This document shows positions 20,274-28,694 of a stretch of DNA of 32,264 nucleotides, piece by piece. The translations under genes and the position numbers were made by a program. Position 1 is the first letter of the stretch. Each line of letters starts with the position of its first letter. The notes beneath the pieces are model-generated. The model was not told the DNA's origin and searched no databases. It worked only from the letters and a program-made list of their open reading frames with translations. The DNA comes from an uncultured Rhizobium sp. Lineage in GTDB: Bacteria > Pseudomonadota > Alphaproteobacteria > Micropepsales > Micropepsaceae. The DNA lies in NCBI GenBank assembly GCA_964612235.1, contig CAZTCU010000003.1, positions 1-32,264 of the forward strand. Reading direction: 5' to 3'.

Positions 20274-20461
20274 CTCGCTTAGTGGACCTTAAGCGCCCCC
20301 GCTTTGCCGCGATCTGAAATGATCGATTAAATTTGTAGATATTAAGGCCGGTCGGCGGAGTTCCCGCGCAAAAGGGAAATGCCGATCTGCCGATTTGGTT
20401 CTTGATCGATTCAAATTTGAATCGAATTCCTGCGCAAACCGCGGAAATCCGCCAAAAAAAC

Positions 20462-20998
20462 CTAGCGGGCGGGGGAGTTTGGCGCCGGATAGACGATTTT
20501 CTTGGGTTGGCGAGAGCGGCGATCGGCATCGAAATATGTTTTGGATGCCCGCGTGCGCCGGTCGGGGCCGAAGAAATCCGGCGCCGCGATGAACGGGCGC
20601 GGATGGGCCAAGGCGGTGCGCAATTTGCGCACGATGATCGCGGCGCTGACCGGTTGGGCCAGCACATCGGTGACGCCCTGGTCGCGCGCGCGCTCGACAT
20701 CGCCACGGCTGGGAAACGACGCCAAGGTGAAGATCGGGATCATCGGGTTGAGGATTCCCGGCAGCCGCCGCGCCGCCAGCGCAAAGGGCACGCCATCCAC
20801 ATCTTCGATCGCGCTGTCGCAGAATACCGCGGTGAAGGGATGTCCGCGCAGTGCTTCCAGTGCGGATGCGGCGGTCGGCATCACCACCACGCTTTTGAGA
20901 TTGAGCATCCCGAAGGTGGTGCGCAGCACCTGCACCGCGTGGGCGCGTCCGCACACGAGCAATACGCGCGCCTTCTTGATGTCCGCCCGGCCAGCCAT
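20462..20998 (-). CDS. Atypical CheY-like receiver with Arg-rich C-terminal tail (Cle-like)
   Basis: Receiver fold pattern (VLLV..., VFCD, NPMIPIF, ARDQGVTDVLAQP) plus PRPFIAAPDFFGPDRR. Confidence 0.8.
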   Translation of the reverse strand: MAGRADIKKARVLLVCGRAHAVQVLRTTFGMLNLKSVVVMPTAASALEALRGHPFTAVFCDSAIEDVDGVPFALAARRLPGILNPMIPIFTLASFPSRGDVERARDQGVTDVLAQPVSAAIIVRKLRTALAHPRPFIAAPDFFGPDRRTRASKTYFDADRRSRQPKKIVYPAPNSPAR

Positions 20999-21051
20999 GC
21001 AACACCCCGTTCGGGTCTTCCCGATACGCGGGCGAGTTTCACGGAACCCCA

Positions 21052-21066
21052 TTAAGTCCCGGTTAA
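21052..21066. promoter_or_regulatory. CtrA box
   Basis: Perfect TTAA-GTCCCGG-TTAA between the divergent receiver and lipoprotein genes. Confidence 0.75.
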
Positions 21067-21119
21067 GCTGTTGGCGGCGGACATTGAAGGTTCTGTGTCA
21101 AAACGATAAAGCTCACGCC

Positions 21120-21437
21120 ATGAAGCGCTTTTTCCTTCCGCCCCTGCTGGCTGCCGCCCTCGCGCTTTCGGGCTGCGGTATTTTCCTTTCAAGCAAGGAA
21201 AAGGCGATGCAGAAGGATCCCAATTACCAGAGCGGCTACAGTGATGGCTGCGCCGCCGCCAACGCCCAGAATACCGATTATCGCCGCGGCGACGGCGACC
21301 GCGACGAGGCCCTGTTCAACACCAGCAAACCCTATCGCAGCGGCTGGCATTCTGGCTTTTCCGCCTGCCGCAGCGGCTACACCCAGCAGCGCGGGAGCCA
21401 GCAGAACCAGATGCCGTCCGGCGGCCCGATCCACTAG
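21120..21437 (+). CDS. Small lipoprotein
   Basis: MKR, hydrophobic stretch and LSGC lipobox; repeated YxSG(Y/W)xxG motifs with two further Cys. Confidence 0.8.
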   Translation: MKRFFLPPLLAAALALSGCGIFLSSKEKAMQKDPNYQSGYSDGCAAANAQNTDYRRGDGDRDEALFNTSKPYRSGWHSGFSACRSGYTQQRGSQQNQMPSGGPIH

Positions 21438-21449
21438 CCCTCGCGAAAG

Positions 21450-21480
21450 TTAATGCGCCGTTAACCTTTTGTGCTAAAAT
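21450..21480 (+). promoter_or_regulatory. CtrA box with adjacent -10 element
   Basis: Perfect TTAA-TGCGCCG-TTAAC (21450-21465) followed by GCTAAAAT (21473-21480). Confidence 0.75.
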
Positions 21481-21573
21481 CCGCACACGGAGGATGGTCG
21501 CAAAAGCGCAATATCTTCCGTGTACGGTTCATGTGCCCTGTGTGCAAAATCGGGCAGTGCGAGGTTGAAGGCG

Positions 21574-21690
21574 ATGTTGGGCCATCTGGTTGTGAGCCAC
21601 TACGAAGGCGACGCAGAGACGAAAGCTTATCCGTCCCTGCCGATCCGCCGCGTATGGCAATTCCTGGCGGCATTGTTCCGCCGCTCCTGA
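21574..21690 (+). CDS. Candidate 38-aa small protein
   Basis: MLGHLVVSHYEGDAETKAYPSLPIRRVWQFLAALFRRS; GAGG/GAAGG upstream; stop lies 1 nt from the convergent gene's stop. Confidence 0.5.
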   Translation: MLGHLVVSHYEGDAETKAYPSLPIRRVWQFLAALFRRS

Positions 21691-21691
21691 A

Positions 21692-22588
21692 CTATTCGTA
21701 GGCGCGCTCTTCCCACCACGGGAAATAGGGCGGCATGTCCTTGGTGACAACCTGCGGAAAGTTCGCCTTGCGCTTTTCGAGGAACGCCACGACGCCTTCG
21801 CGCACATCCGCCGAGGCCCCTCGCGAATAGATGCCGCGTGAATCGATCTTGTGCGCTTCCATCGGGTGATCCGTGGCGGACAGACGCCACATCATCTGAC
21901 GGATGAGCGCGACCGACACCGGCGCTGTGTTGTCGCGGATTTCGGCGGCAATCTCATAAGCGCGCGCCAGCAATTGATCCGGCGGCACGATCTCTTTCAC
22001 CAGACGCCCCGCAAGTGCTTCCTTCGCGTCGAATACGCGGCCGGAAAAGCACCACTCGAGCGCCTGCGAAATGCCGACGATCTTGGGAAGGAACCAGCTC
22101 GAACAGGCTTCCGGCACGATGCCGCGCCGCGAGAACACAAAACCGAAACGCGCACTTTCGCTCGCGATGCGGATGTCCATCGCAAGCTGCATCGTCGCGC
22201 CGATTCCGACGGCCGGGCCATTCACCGCCGCGATGACGGGCTTCAGGCAGTTGAAGATCGCAAGCGTCACGCGCCCGCCGCCGTCGCGCACATAATCCGC
22301 GCTCCAGTCGATATCGGACCCTGTGGGGCGCATGCGTTCGGGGCGGTCGGTGCGCTTCTGGGAATCGAACGTGTCCGCGCCCGCCGACAAATCGGCGCCC
22401 GCGCAAAACGCACGGCCTGCGCCGGTCACCACGATGGCGCGCACGTTATCGTCCTTGTCCGCACGGCCGAACGCATCGACCAGCTCGTTCATCATCGTGC
22501 CGGTGAAGGCATTCAATTTTTCGGGACGGTTCAACGTGATGGTGAGGATTTGATCTTTCACGTCATAGATAATTTCTTTATAGCTCAT
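21692..22588 (-). CDS. Enoyl-CoA hydratase/isomerase (crotonase) family protein
   Basis: ITLNRPEKLNA, AFCAGADL, KPVIAAVNGPAVGIG, EGVVAFLEKR. Confidence 0.95.
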   Translation of the reverse strand: MSYKEIIYDVKDQILTITLNRPEKLNAFTGTMMNELVDAFGRADKDDNVRAIVVTGAGRAFCAGADLSAGADTFDSQKRTDRPERMRPTGSDIDWSADYVRDGGGRVTLAIFNCLKPVIAAVNGPAVGIGATMQLAMDIRIASESARFGFVFSRRGIVPEACSSWFLPKIVGISQALEWCFSGRVFDAKEALAGRLVKEIVPPDQLLARAYEIAAEIRDNTAPVSVALIRQMMWRLSATDHPMEAHKIDSRGIYSRGASADVREGVVAFLEKRKANFPQVVTKDMPPYFPWWEERAYE

Positions 22589-22625
22589 GATCGTCTTTCC
22601 GATAGCGTTTCAAGGCCAGTGTAGC

Positions 22626-23486
22626 TTGCAACCGCTGCCGCGCAACAGCTTCCCGAATTCCGGAATATGGTCGGTTCGCCGCACGCCGGTCTGGCTGATC
22701 GCGCTCGTGGTTCTGGCGCAATATCCGCTGACGCTCCTGTTCAATCTGGTTGTGTTCCATCAGGGTTGGATCAAGGCATTGCAGCTTATGACGCGCGGGC
22801 TTCTGAACGCGACGTTGGTCGGCTACGCCATTCTGCTGCCGCTGGTGGTGGGCGGCCTGCTGTTCTTGCTGGGGCGGCTCCGCCCACGCGATGTGGGCTT
22901 GCGAGCGCGCGATCTTCCTGCCGCAATCATATGGGCGCTCGCATTGTGGGCCGTCGTGAACCTTGGCGAGGCGGTGGCGCAGAGCGGACATTTCGGCTTC
23001 GACGCGCAATGGACGCGGCCGCTGGGACTGATCGGCCAATGGATCGCGCAGATCTTCGGCAATGCGCTCTACGAAGAAATCGTCTATCGCGGTTTTCTGA
23101 CGGTCCAACTCGCACTGCTGTTCGAGCGGCTTGGACGGGGAAGGGCGCTGGTGCTTGGCGTGATCCTCGCGCAAGCGGTGTTCGCTTCCATCCATATCGG
23201 CCTGCTGCTCAACATGGGCCTTTCATGGTCCGCCATCCTCGGAACGATGCCGGAATTGTTCCTTGCCGGTGTCGCGCTCGCGACGGTCTATCTCTTCACC
23301 GGCAATCTGCTGATCGCGGTGGGCGTTCACGCGCTGGTCGACGCGCCGATGCTGATCCCGAAGGATGTCTCCGGTCTCGGCGACGATTTCGGCTATGTCT
23401 ATCTGATGCTCGCGCTGGTGGCGGCGTGCCTATGGCGATGGAGGATACCCGCCGTCACAAACTCCGCGCGATCAGAAGCTTCATGA
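22626..23486 (+). CDS. CPBP/CAAX (Abi) family intramembrane metalloprotease
   Basis: EEIVYRG, FASIH and HALVD motifs in a multi-TM protein; start uncertain (TTG 22626 or ATG 22587). Confidence 0.85.
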   Translation: MQPLPRNSFPNSGIWSVRRTPVWLIALVVLAQYPLTLLFNLVVFHQGWIKALQLMTRGLLNATLVGYAILLPLVVGGLLFLLGRLRPRDVGLRARDLPAAIIWALALWAVVNLGEAVAQSGHFGFDAQWTRPLGLIGQWIAQIFGNALYEEIVYRGFLTVQLALLFERLGRGRALVLGVILAQAVFASIHIGLLLNMGLSWSAILGTMPELFLAGVALATVYLFTGNLLIAVGVHALVDAPMLIPKDVSGLGDDFGYVYLMLALVAACLWRWRIPAVTNSARSEAS

Positions 23487-24612
23487 TCTCGTTGGTGCCG
23501 CCATAGATCTTCTGCACGCGGCTGTCGGCATACATGCGCGCGATGGGATATTCGTTCATGTAACCGTAGCCGCCGTGAAGTTGCAGGCATTCGTCCACGA
23601 TCTTGCATTGCGTGTCGGTGAGCCAGAGCTTGGCCATCGATGCCAGCGTCGCGTCCAGCTTGCCTTCCAGATGCACGGCGATGCAGTGGTTGACGAACAC
23701 CTTGGCGACCGTTGCTTCGGTCTTGCATTCGGCAAGCTTGAACTGCGTGTTCTGGAATTCGATCAGCTGCTTGCCGAAGGCTTTGCGCTCTTTCACGTAG
23801 GCGCTCGTCACTTCGAGCGCGCGCTCGATCACCGCCAACCCTTGCGCCGCGATGATCAGGCGTTCCTGCGGAAGCTGCTGCATGAGTTGAACGAACCCCA
23901 TGCCCTCATCGATGCCGATGAGGTTCGAGGTCGGAACGCGCACGTCGTCGAAGAAAAGCTCGGCGGTGTCGTTCGCCTTCTGGCCCAACTTTTCCAACAC
24001 GCGTCCGCGCCGGAAACCCTCCACCTCGTCGGTCTCCACCACGATCAGCGACGTTCCCTTCGCGCCCTTGGCGGGGTCGGTCTTGCTCACCACGATGATG
24101 AGGTTCGCGGTGCCGCCATTGGTGATGAAGGTCTTCGAACCGTTCAGCACATAATGGTTGCCGTCGCGTTTCGCATTGGTCTTGATATTTTGCAGGTCGG
24201 AGCCCGTGCCCGGTTCGGTCATCGCAATGGCCCCGACGAGTTCGCCGCTCGCAAGCCTGGGCAGCCAGCGTTTCTTCTGCTCCTCGCTGCCGTAATGCAG
24301 GATATAGGGCGCGACGATCGCGTTGTGCAGCGTGATGCCCCAGCCGTCGCCCGCCTTCTTGCCCAACTGGTCGATGATGACGGCTTCATGCGCAAACGTG
24401 CCGCCCGCGCCGCCATATTCTTCCGGCATCGAGGCACAAAGCAGCCCGTATTCGCCCGCCTTCTTCCACAGCGCGCGGTCCACGCCCTGCTGCTTCATGT
24501 AGCGTTCCTGGTTTGGCGCGACCTCGCGCTCCATGAATTTCGCCACGCCGTCTTCGAAGATGCGGAGGTCTTCCGTCATCCACTCAGGGGCCTCGACCTG
24601 CAACGCGCTCAT
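23455..24612 (-). CDS. Acyl-CoA dehydrogenase
   Basis: AIAMTEPGTGSDL, NGSKTFITNG, ERKAFG, QLHGGYGY, IYGGTNEIM. Confidence 0.96.
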   Translation of the reverse strand: MSALQVEAPEWMTEDLRIFEDGVAKFMEREVAPNQERYMKQQGVDRALWKKAGEYGLLCASMPEEYGGAGGTFAHEAVIIDQLGKKAGDGWGITLHNAIVAPYILHYGSEEQKKRWLPRLASGELVGAIAMTEPGTGSDLQNIKTNAKRDGNHYVLNGSKTFITNGGTANLIIVVSKTDPAKGAKGTSLIVVETDEVEGFRRGRVLEKLGQKANDTAELFFDDVRVPTSNLIGIDEGMGFVQLMQQLPQERLIIAAQGLAVIERALEVTSAYVKERKAFGKQLIEFQNTQFKLAECKTEATVAKVFVNHCIAVHLEGKLDATLASMAKLWLTDTQCKIVDECLQLHGGYGYMNEYPIARMYADSRVQKIYGGTNEIMKLLIARSL

Positions 24613-24677
24613 GCTTCTCTCCCGATGGCTGTCCGGGAAGACTCATAACATCGCGGGCGCGAAAGGAAATACCGGGT

Positions 24678-25886
24678 TCAGGGGCAGATTTTTGTGTCGC
24701 GGAGCTGCCGGTAAGCCGGCGACAGGCCGGTTGCGGAAGGGTCGGCGGCACGCTCGCAATCGCCGGGGTTGAGAACGGCCCTGGCATCGCCCACGCGGTC
24801 CTGCACCGACATGGTGACGGCCAACATCAAGCGCAATGAAATGCGGAAATCGGGAAGATCGCGGATACCCGGCTGATCGCTCCTGGCCATCGCGATGCGG
24901 ATTTCGGATTGTGCGTCGGTGATCTGGCGCAGGCGCAGATAGGACATCGCGTGCAGCAGATGTCCGCGCGGATCGTCGGGAAAGCGCCGCACAAGATCGG
25001 CGGATCGTTCGATCCCTTCCTCGGTGCTATGCGGCATCTCGGACGGCGGGATCAGCTTGAACTGGATCTCCTGTCCGACTTTCGGCGTGGGAAACATGGC
25101 GGTAAGCGCAAAGGACAACGCCGACAGCGCAAGACCCGCAGCCGAAATATACGCGGCGAGTTGCGTGTGGCCGGGCCGCTCTTCCGTTTCGGGCCAGAAG
25201 ATCTGCAACAGGAATCCGAGGATTCCGCCGGCGACCGCGCCGCCCAGATGCGCGCCAAGATCGACATGACCGTCGGCGGCGGGAAGCAGCGCGGTCACGA
25301 ACATCCACACCGCCGTGCGGCGAAGCCGCTTGCCGCGCGCGCGGTCCTCGAAGGGAATGCACCACACCAGTACGGCGGCAAGCAGCGCCATGATCGCGCC
25401 GGACGCGCCGATGGATACCACGGCGTCCGATCCCAGCAACGATCCAATCGAACCCGCGACGGCGCCGACAACGAAGATCGCCGTGTACCACGCCCGCCCG
25501 ATCAGCGTTTCCAGCAGCCAGCCCGCCAGAAGCAGGCCGATGGCATTGGAAACGAGATGCGACACGCTTCCGTGCATCAACGGTGCGGTGAAGATGCGCC
25601 ACCATTGCCCATGTTCGAACACCAGCGCGCGCCCAATGCCGCCGAGCGCGACCAGCGTGTCGAGCGACGGCGTGCCGGGTGCTTCGGGCGGCGCGTGATT
25701 CATCTCGATCACGAAGACAAGCGAAAGCAGCGCCAATATTCCAAGCGAAGCGAACGGAATGCGGCTTTGGGAAATGGCGGACCATGCAGGCGGCGCGACG
25801 GGTGCGGCTATCTTCGCCGGAGTTACAGCCGGACGCACGGCAACCCGAGCAACCGCGCTGCGCTTGCCGAACCCCGCCGACCCCAT
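24678..25886 (-). CDS. Rhomboid family intramembrane serine protease with helical C-terminal extension
   Basis: QWWRIFT, HGSVSHLVSN, GASG, AHLGG. Confidence 0.92.
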   Translation of the reverse strand: MGSAGFGKRSAVARVAVRPAVTPAKIAAPVAPPAWSAISQSRIPFASLGILALLSLVFVIEMNHAPPEAPGTPSLDTLVALGGIGRALVFEHGQWWRIFTAPLMHGSVSHLVSNAIGLLLAGWLLETLIGRAWYTAIFVVGAVAGSIGSLLGSDAVVSIGASGAIMALLAAVLVWCIPFEDRARGKRLRRTAVWMFVTALLPAADGHVDLGAHLGGAVAGGILGFLLQIFWPETEERPGHTQLAAYISAAGLALSALSFALTAMFPTPKVGQEIQFKLIPPSEMPHSTEEGIERSADLVRRFPDDPRGHLLHAMSYLRLRQITDAQSEIRIAMARSDQPGIRDLPDFRISLRLMLAVTMSVQDRVGDARAVLNPGDCERAADPSATGLSPAYRQLRDTKICP

Positions 25887-25956
25887 GATGTCCCCACGGC
25901 TATCTGCCGTGGGGAACTCTGCCGGTCCGCGCTTTAGAATTCGTGAACGATTGCTT

Positions 25957-26634
25957 TCACCGCGAGGTCTTGAGGTTGAACACGACCTTCACCTGCGTCT
26001 GCGATGCAACGGGTTTGCCGTCGCGCGTGGCGGGATGGTAGCGCCAGTGATGTGCCACCCATTCGCGCGCCGCGTCGTCCAGACGCTGGCTGCCGCTCGA
26101 TCTCTCGATGACGACGCTCTCGACCCTGCCGTTGGTTCCGACGGCGAGTTTCAACTGCACGATGCCTTCTTCACCGAGCCTGCGCGACAGAGGCGGATAA
26201 GGCGGCGTGGTGTGCGTGGCCTCTATGCTCCGGACAGGCGTCGGCGCGGGCAACGACGACGCGACGGAATTGCCAGGTGCCGTCGCCGACGCGACATTAC
26301 GCGGCGTTTCCGCGACCTTCTGTTCGACGGTGATCGCCTGTGTGGCAGCCGGCGGTGTCGCGATGCGGATTTCCGGCGGCGGCACGAAATCCACCTGCGG
26401 CTGTACGAGATCCGGCATGGGCGGCGGCGGCAGATCCACCGGCTGGGGTTCAGCCATATCGAGAATGCGCACGTCGACGATGTTCGGCAGCGACTGGACG
26501 ATGCGCATCGACAGACCGCTCAACAATCCATAGACGAAGAGCAGATGGATCAGCCCCACGCCGATCACGGCGGCGATGGAACGGTTGGTCCACATCTGCT
26601 GCGGCAGGACGCTGAGATGGTTGGGGCGGCGCAC
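25957..26634 (-). CDS. tonB: TonB family energy transducer
   Basis: AAGGAG RBS and GTG start; TM helix with His, Pro-rich linker, PPYPPLSRRLGEEG...SSGSQRLDDAA. Confidence 0.9.
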   Translation of the reverse strand: MRRPNHLSVLPQQMWTNRSIAAVIGVGLIHLLFVYGLLSGLSMRIVQSLPNIVDVRILDMAEPQPVDLPPPPMPDLVQPQVDFVPPPEIRIATPPAATQAITVEQKVAETPRNVASATAPGNSVASSLPAPTPVRSIEATHTTPPYPPLSRRLGEEGIVQLKLAVGTNGRVESVVIERSSGSQRLDDAAREWVAHHWRYHPATRDGKPVASQTQVKVVFNLKTSR

Positions 26635-26752
26635 GGCAGTTCTCCTTTTCAGACCGCAAAATCGCGGCGAATCCGGCAGGAGCACGGGCCATCCGACGGC
26701 GCCTGCCGGACACTATGGATATGGTGATGACGTCGCGGTTTTTCCAGCGACG

Positions 26753-27175
26753 CTAGACGTCGAGATAGCCAAGCGCGTTCTTGCGGTCGGACACTTTCAA
26801 CACTGTCAGTGTCTTCCACTCACCGCTGCGTGTCTGCCATTCGATGGATTGTCCTTCGGAAAGGCCGATCAATGCCGCGCCGATCGGCGTCAGCACCGAT
26901 ATTCTGCCGTTCGACGGATCGGCGTCGGCCGGATAGGCAAGCTGTACGCTGCGGACGCGGCCCGTCTTGTCGTCACGAAACTCGACGTAAGAACCCATTC
27001 TCACGCCGGGCGCGCAATCGGTAGCGGCGCTGCAGACCGTTGCGCGGTCGAGCTCCTCCTGCAGATATTCCGCGACATCGGAATGGGTCTGTATCGCCGC
27101 TTCGGCGATGTTCTGCAGGCGGCGATGATCTTCCGCCGAAATAACGATATCGGGCAACTGGGCTTGATAGCTCAT
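26753..27175 (-). CDS. rnk: Nucleoside diphosphate kinase regulator Rnk (GreA/GreB family)
   Basis: LPDIVIS..D..RL, YLQEELDRA, VRMGS, LAYPADAD, ISVLTPIGAALIGL..GQSIEW; GAGGA RBS. Confidence 0.9.
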   Translation of the reverse strand: MSYQAQLPDIVISAEDHRRLQNIAEAAIQTHSDVAEYLQEELDRATVCSAATDCAPGVRMGSYVEFRDDKTGRVRSVQLAYPADADPSNGRISVLTPIGAALIGLSEGQSIEWQTRSGEWKTLTVLKVSDRKNALGYLDV

Positions 27176-27187
27176 GTCTTCCTCTTT

Positions 27188-27658
27188 TCAGGCGGCGTGT
27201 GGACCGGAATCGAACGGGTCGTCCGTATCGTTCGCGGCGTTTCCATCGTGAACGCGATGGGCAAAGGTCGGCGCATCCGGTTTGGCGTCCATCACAGTGA
27301 CGAGCCGAAACGTCTCGTCGAGTGTGAGGAACGGCATGCGATCGCCGGCGCGCAATCCGATGAGCGCGGCGCCCAGCGGAGAGAGCAGCGACAATTGCTC
27401 TTCCGCGCCGGTGTAGTCGCGCGGATAAACGAGTTTCAGATTGCGCGGTTGTTCCCAATCGACGCAATACGATACCCAGCCGTTCATAACCACCGTCCCA
27501 GGCGGCAAGGCGTCGACGCTGCAAAAGCGGGCACGCCGCAACTCCGACTGAAGAAAGTACGCAACCGGATGCGCCCAGCGGTTGGCGCGCTCGACGACCG
27601 CAGTCAATTTCATCCTTTCGGACACTGGAATAAAAACCTCCGGCAATGCTGGAAGCAT
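27188..27658 (-). CDS. Second, divergent Rnk/Gre-family paralogue
   Basis: LPEVFI, FLQSELRRA, VVMNG, LVYPRD, LSLLSPLGAALIGL..GD; GAGGT RBS. Confidence 0.85.
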   Translation of the reverse strand: MLPALPEVFIPVSERMKLTAVVERANRWAHPVAYFLQSELRRARFCSVDALPPGTVVMNGWVSYCVDWEQPRNLKLVYPRDYTGAEEQLSLLSPLGAALIGLRAGDRMPFLTLDETFRLVTVMDAKPDAPTFAHRVHDGNAANDTDDPFDSGPHAA

Positions 27659-27771
27659 GACGGCACCTCACGTCGGGATTGGCGCAGCTATTCAGGCTGG
27701 CAATCCGTGGCTGCATCGAATGAATCTTGGTGAGATTTGTCCCGGAACAGCGGCGAAGCCTGCCGTCCGGG

Positions 27772-27834
27772 CTAGTCGCCTGAGTGGAGGCGGCTCGCGC
27801 GAAGCAAAGAGCGAAGGGTGCGAACGGTTTTCAT
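27772..27834 (-). CDS. Candidate leader peptide (20 aa)
   Basis: MKTVRTLRSLLRASRLHSGD*; ATG 10 nt after a promoter -10; stop immediately followed by a GC hairpin (27741-27771). Confidence 0.5.
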   Translation of the reverse strand: MKTVRTLRSLLRASRLHSGD

Positions 27835-27843
27835 AGTACCATT

Positions 27844-27885
27844 AACATAAGGCGCGCGCCGCACTATTCAAGGCGTGCGCGCGCC
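27844..27885 (-). terminator. Probable sod terminator overlapping the downstream promoter
   Basis: GGCGCGCGC...GCGCGCGCC stem followed by TTATGTT, starting about 8 nt after the sod stop. Confidence 0.45.
27845..27872 (-). promoter_or_regulatory. RpoH (sigma32)-like promoter
   Basis: CTTG-N17-CTTATGT fits the alphaproteobacterial CTTG-N17/18-CYTATNT pattern. Confidence 0.55.
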
Positions 27886-27892
27886 CCATGGA

Positions 27893-28525
27893 TCACGCAG
27901 CGGCGCGAACGGGCTCGTCTTCCCGGTCGAGATTTTCGGACGCGAAGTTCCAGTTAAGAATCTTGCCCAATACCTCTTCGAGATATTTCGGGCGCGCGTT
28001 CTGATAGTCGAGATAATAGGCGTGTTCCCACACGTCGACCGTCAGAAGGCAGTTCGTGCCCTTGGCCATCGGGTTCATCGCATTGGCCGTCTTTTCAACC
28101 GACAGCTTGCCGCCCTTCGACACCAGCCATGCCCAGCCCGAACCGAATTGCGTCTTTCCCGCTTCGGCGAGTTGTTCGATCAGTTTACCCGCGTCGCCGA
28201 AATCGCGTTCGATGGCTTTCGCGAGATCGCCCGACGGCTTGCCGGGCTTCGGCGCGAGGCTGCGCCAGTAGAAATCGTGGTTCCAAACCTGGCCCGCATT
28301 GTTGAAGATCGTCTTTTCCTTCGAGCCGTCCTTCGCGTCGGCAGTGGCTTGCACGATCTCTTCCAACTTCATGTCGGCATATTTCGTGTCGACCACCAGC
28401 TTGTTGAGCGTCTCCACATAGGCCTTGTGGTGTTTGCCGTAGTGGAAACCGATGGTCTTGGCCGAGATGACGGGTTCGAGGGCCGATTCATCCCACGGAA
28501 GGGAGGCCAGTGTGAATTTGCTCAT
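27893..28525 (-). CDS. sodB: Fe/Mn superoxide dismutase (probably Fe type)
   Basis: HYGKHHKAYV, FNNAGQVWNH, FGSGWAWL, DVWEHAYY; GGAG RBS before ATG 28525. Confidence 0.93.
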   Translation of the reverse strand: MSKFTLASLPWDESALEPVISAKTIGFHYGKHHKAYVETLNKLVVDTKYADMKLEEIVQATADAKDGSKEKTIFNNAGQVWNHDFYWRSLAPKPGKPSGDLAKAIERDFGDAGKLIEQLAEAGKTQFGSGWAWLVSKGGKLSVEKTANAMNPMAKGTNCLLTVDVWEHAYYLDYQNARPKYLEEVLGKILNWNFASENLDREDEPVRAAA

Positions 28526-28694
28526 TGCGCGCAACTCCTGAAAAGAAGAATGACAAATCGCGGCTCGCGCAAAATCGAAGGACTCGCGCAAATCCGCCCT
28601 TACTAGATAAGGCCCGAAAGCAAAGAACGTTCCGATTTCGCCCGCGTCAGAAGCGCGCGAATTCCACAGAATCCAATGATGTTTCTGGTGGTTG

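Noticed and set aside
22626-23486. Abortive-infection defence gene
   Set aside because: The Abi label of CPBP proteases is historical, and there is no defence-gene context here
25931-25950. Irr/ICE iron box near tonB (TTTAGAA)
   Set aside because: Only one half site, and it lies downstream of tonB
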